A stretch of DNA of 59,564 nucleotides, the filler included. It is 4 parts of 4 records of this genome, joined end to end, with 100 filler letters (N's around TTAATTAATTAA, not from the genome) between each part and the next. Parts side by side here need not be neighbours in the genome. Positions count along the whole stretch, not along the records: positions 42,731 to 59,564 come from DRR723986_3492; 3 more parts are not named here. The stretch is one strand, 5' to 3'. This document shows, one piece after another, positions 58,760 through 59,564 of the stretch. A model generated the notes under the pieces. That model worked only from the letters and a program-made list of their open reading frames with translations. It had not been told where the DNA came from and did no database searches. The position numbers were made by a program, and so were the translations under genes. Numbering within the stretch: the first letter of the stretch is position 1; each line of letters starts with the position of its first letter.

Positions 58760-59564
58760 CTATTCCGCCGGAATGGCGGTTGCCGTCGACGCCTTGTGGC
58801 GTTTCAGGACCGACTTGTGGATGGATTCCGGAACTTCCTTCGGCTTCTCGGTCAGACCGATGAAGAACAGCATCACGAAGTAGCCGAAGTAGCAGAAGGT
58901 CAGGATCAGCGAGAGATGCCGGAACTGGAAGGTCGGCGCCGGCACCGCGGAGAGCGATGGGTTCGAGCCAGCCGGAAGTGTTTCCATGAAGCTCTTCGCG
59001 TCGTGGTAGGCTTCACCGCCGCCTTTGTATTCACTGGTCACTTCCACCGCATTCTCGGTGTAGCTGACGACCAGTTTCGGGTCGCCCTGCAGCGCCGGGA
59101 TCACGGCGTCATCCGGGTTTGCCGCACCACACCAGCCGAGCAGCAGGCAGACGACGACAAAACCGAAGAAGAACTGCTTGGCCACCGGACGGTAGCGCAT
59201 GGACTTCACTTTGGACGTGTCGAGCCATGGCAGCAGGAACAGGACCGCGATGGCCGCGAACATGAAGATCACGCCCAGCAGCTTGGCCGGGATCGGGCCG
59301 AGGTCGAAGGTGATGGCGCGCAGGATCGCATAGAACGGCAGCAGGTACCATTCGGGCACGATGTGCGACGGCGTCACCAGCGGGTTGGCCTCAACATAGT
59401 TGTCGGCATGGCCCAGCACGTTCGGTGCATAGAAGACGAACACAGCAAACATGATCAGGAAGATGACAATCGCGAAGGCGTCCTTGACCGTATAGTACGG
59501 ATGGAACGGAACCGTTTCCTTCTCGACATCCTGAACTTCGACACCGGTCGGGTTGTTGTTGCCC
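58760..59564 (-). CDS. petB: Cytochrome b, C-terminal part (runs off the window)
   Basis: [60 protein letters not shown]. Confidence 0.97.
   Translation of the reverse strand, partial: GNNNPTGVEVQDVEKETVPFHPYYTVKDAFAIVIFLIMFAVFVFYAPNVLGHADNYVEANPLVTPSHIVPEWYLLPFYAILRAITFDLGPIPAKLLGVIFMFAAIAVLFLLPWLDTSKVKSMRYRPVAKQFFFGFVVVCLLLGWCGAANPDDAVIPALQGDPKLVVSYTENAVEVTSEYKGGGEAYHDAKSFMETLPAGSNPSLSAVPAPTFQFRHLSLILTFCYFGYFVMLFFIGLTEKPKEVPESIHKSVLKRHKASTATAIPAE

Noticed and set aside
1-59564. CRISPR arrays, integrases, phage or anti-phage defence genes, known riboswitches
   Set aside because: None recognised on reading; no regularly spaced direct repeats seen. An Rfam or defence-system scan was not possible.

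Overview
The window is not one locus. Four contigs are joined by 100-bp artificial linkers (44 N + TTAATTAATTAA + 44 N) at 21185-21284, 37319-37418 and 42631-42730. Taxonomic labels below are inferred from gene content and style, not from a search. Contig 1 (1-21184, Halieaceae/OM60-like gammaproteobacterium) holds a secreted tandem-repeat protein missed by the ORF track and a PafA-type phosphatase. It also has an M14 peptidase / retropepsin lipoprotein / 7TM inactive transglutaminase / ATP-grasp ligase operon, an M28 peptidase, a molybdopterin oxidoreductase, a true ACC deaminase, and lipid/aromatic catabolic genes. Contig 2 (21285-37318, Hyphomonas-like) holds trpF-trpB and a putative copper-import operon: a DUF2946 leader ending in RGPP, DUF2244, an OprC-like TonB receptor and TonB. 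It also has a phosphoester-scavenging cluster, a CoA-transferase, and a decayed TetR/efflux/IS6 patch near tRNA-Ser(GGA). Contig 3 (37419-42630, Rhodobacteraceae-like) holds HU, GST/WYL, DMT, CcdA-thioredoxin, a Flp pilin fused to a globular domain, and aroC. Contig 4 (42731-59564, Hyphomonas-like) holds queG, fzlA, an M1 aminopeptidase, large NAD-GDH, a candidate two-hairpin sRNA, AI-2E, DUF853, mtnP, petC and petB. The best leads are the RGPP-leader copper operon containing DUF2244, the CGUCCCC-loop sRNA candidate, the ATP-grasp/exported-peptidase operon, and the pilin fusion.
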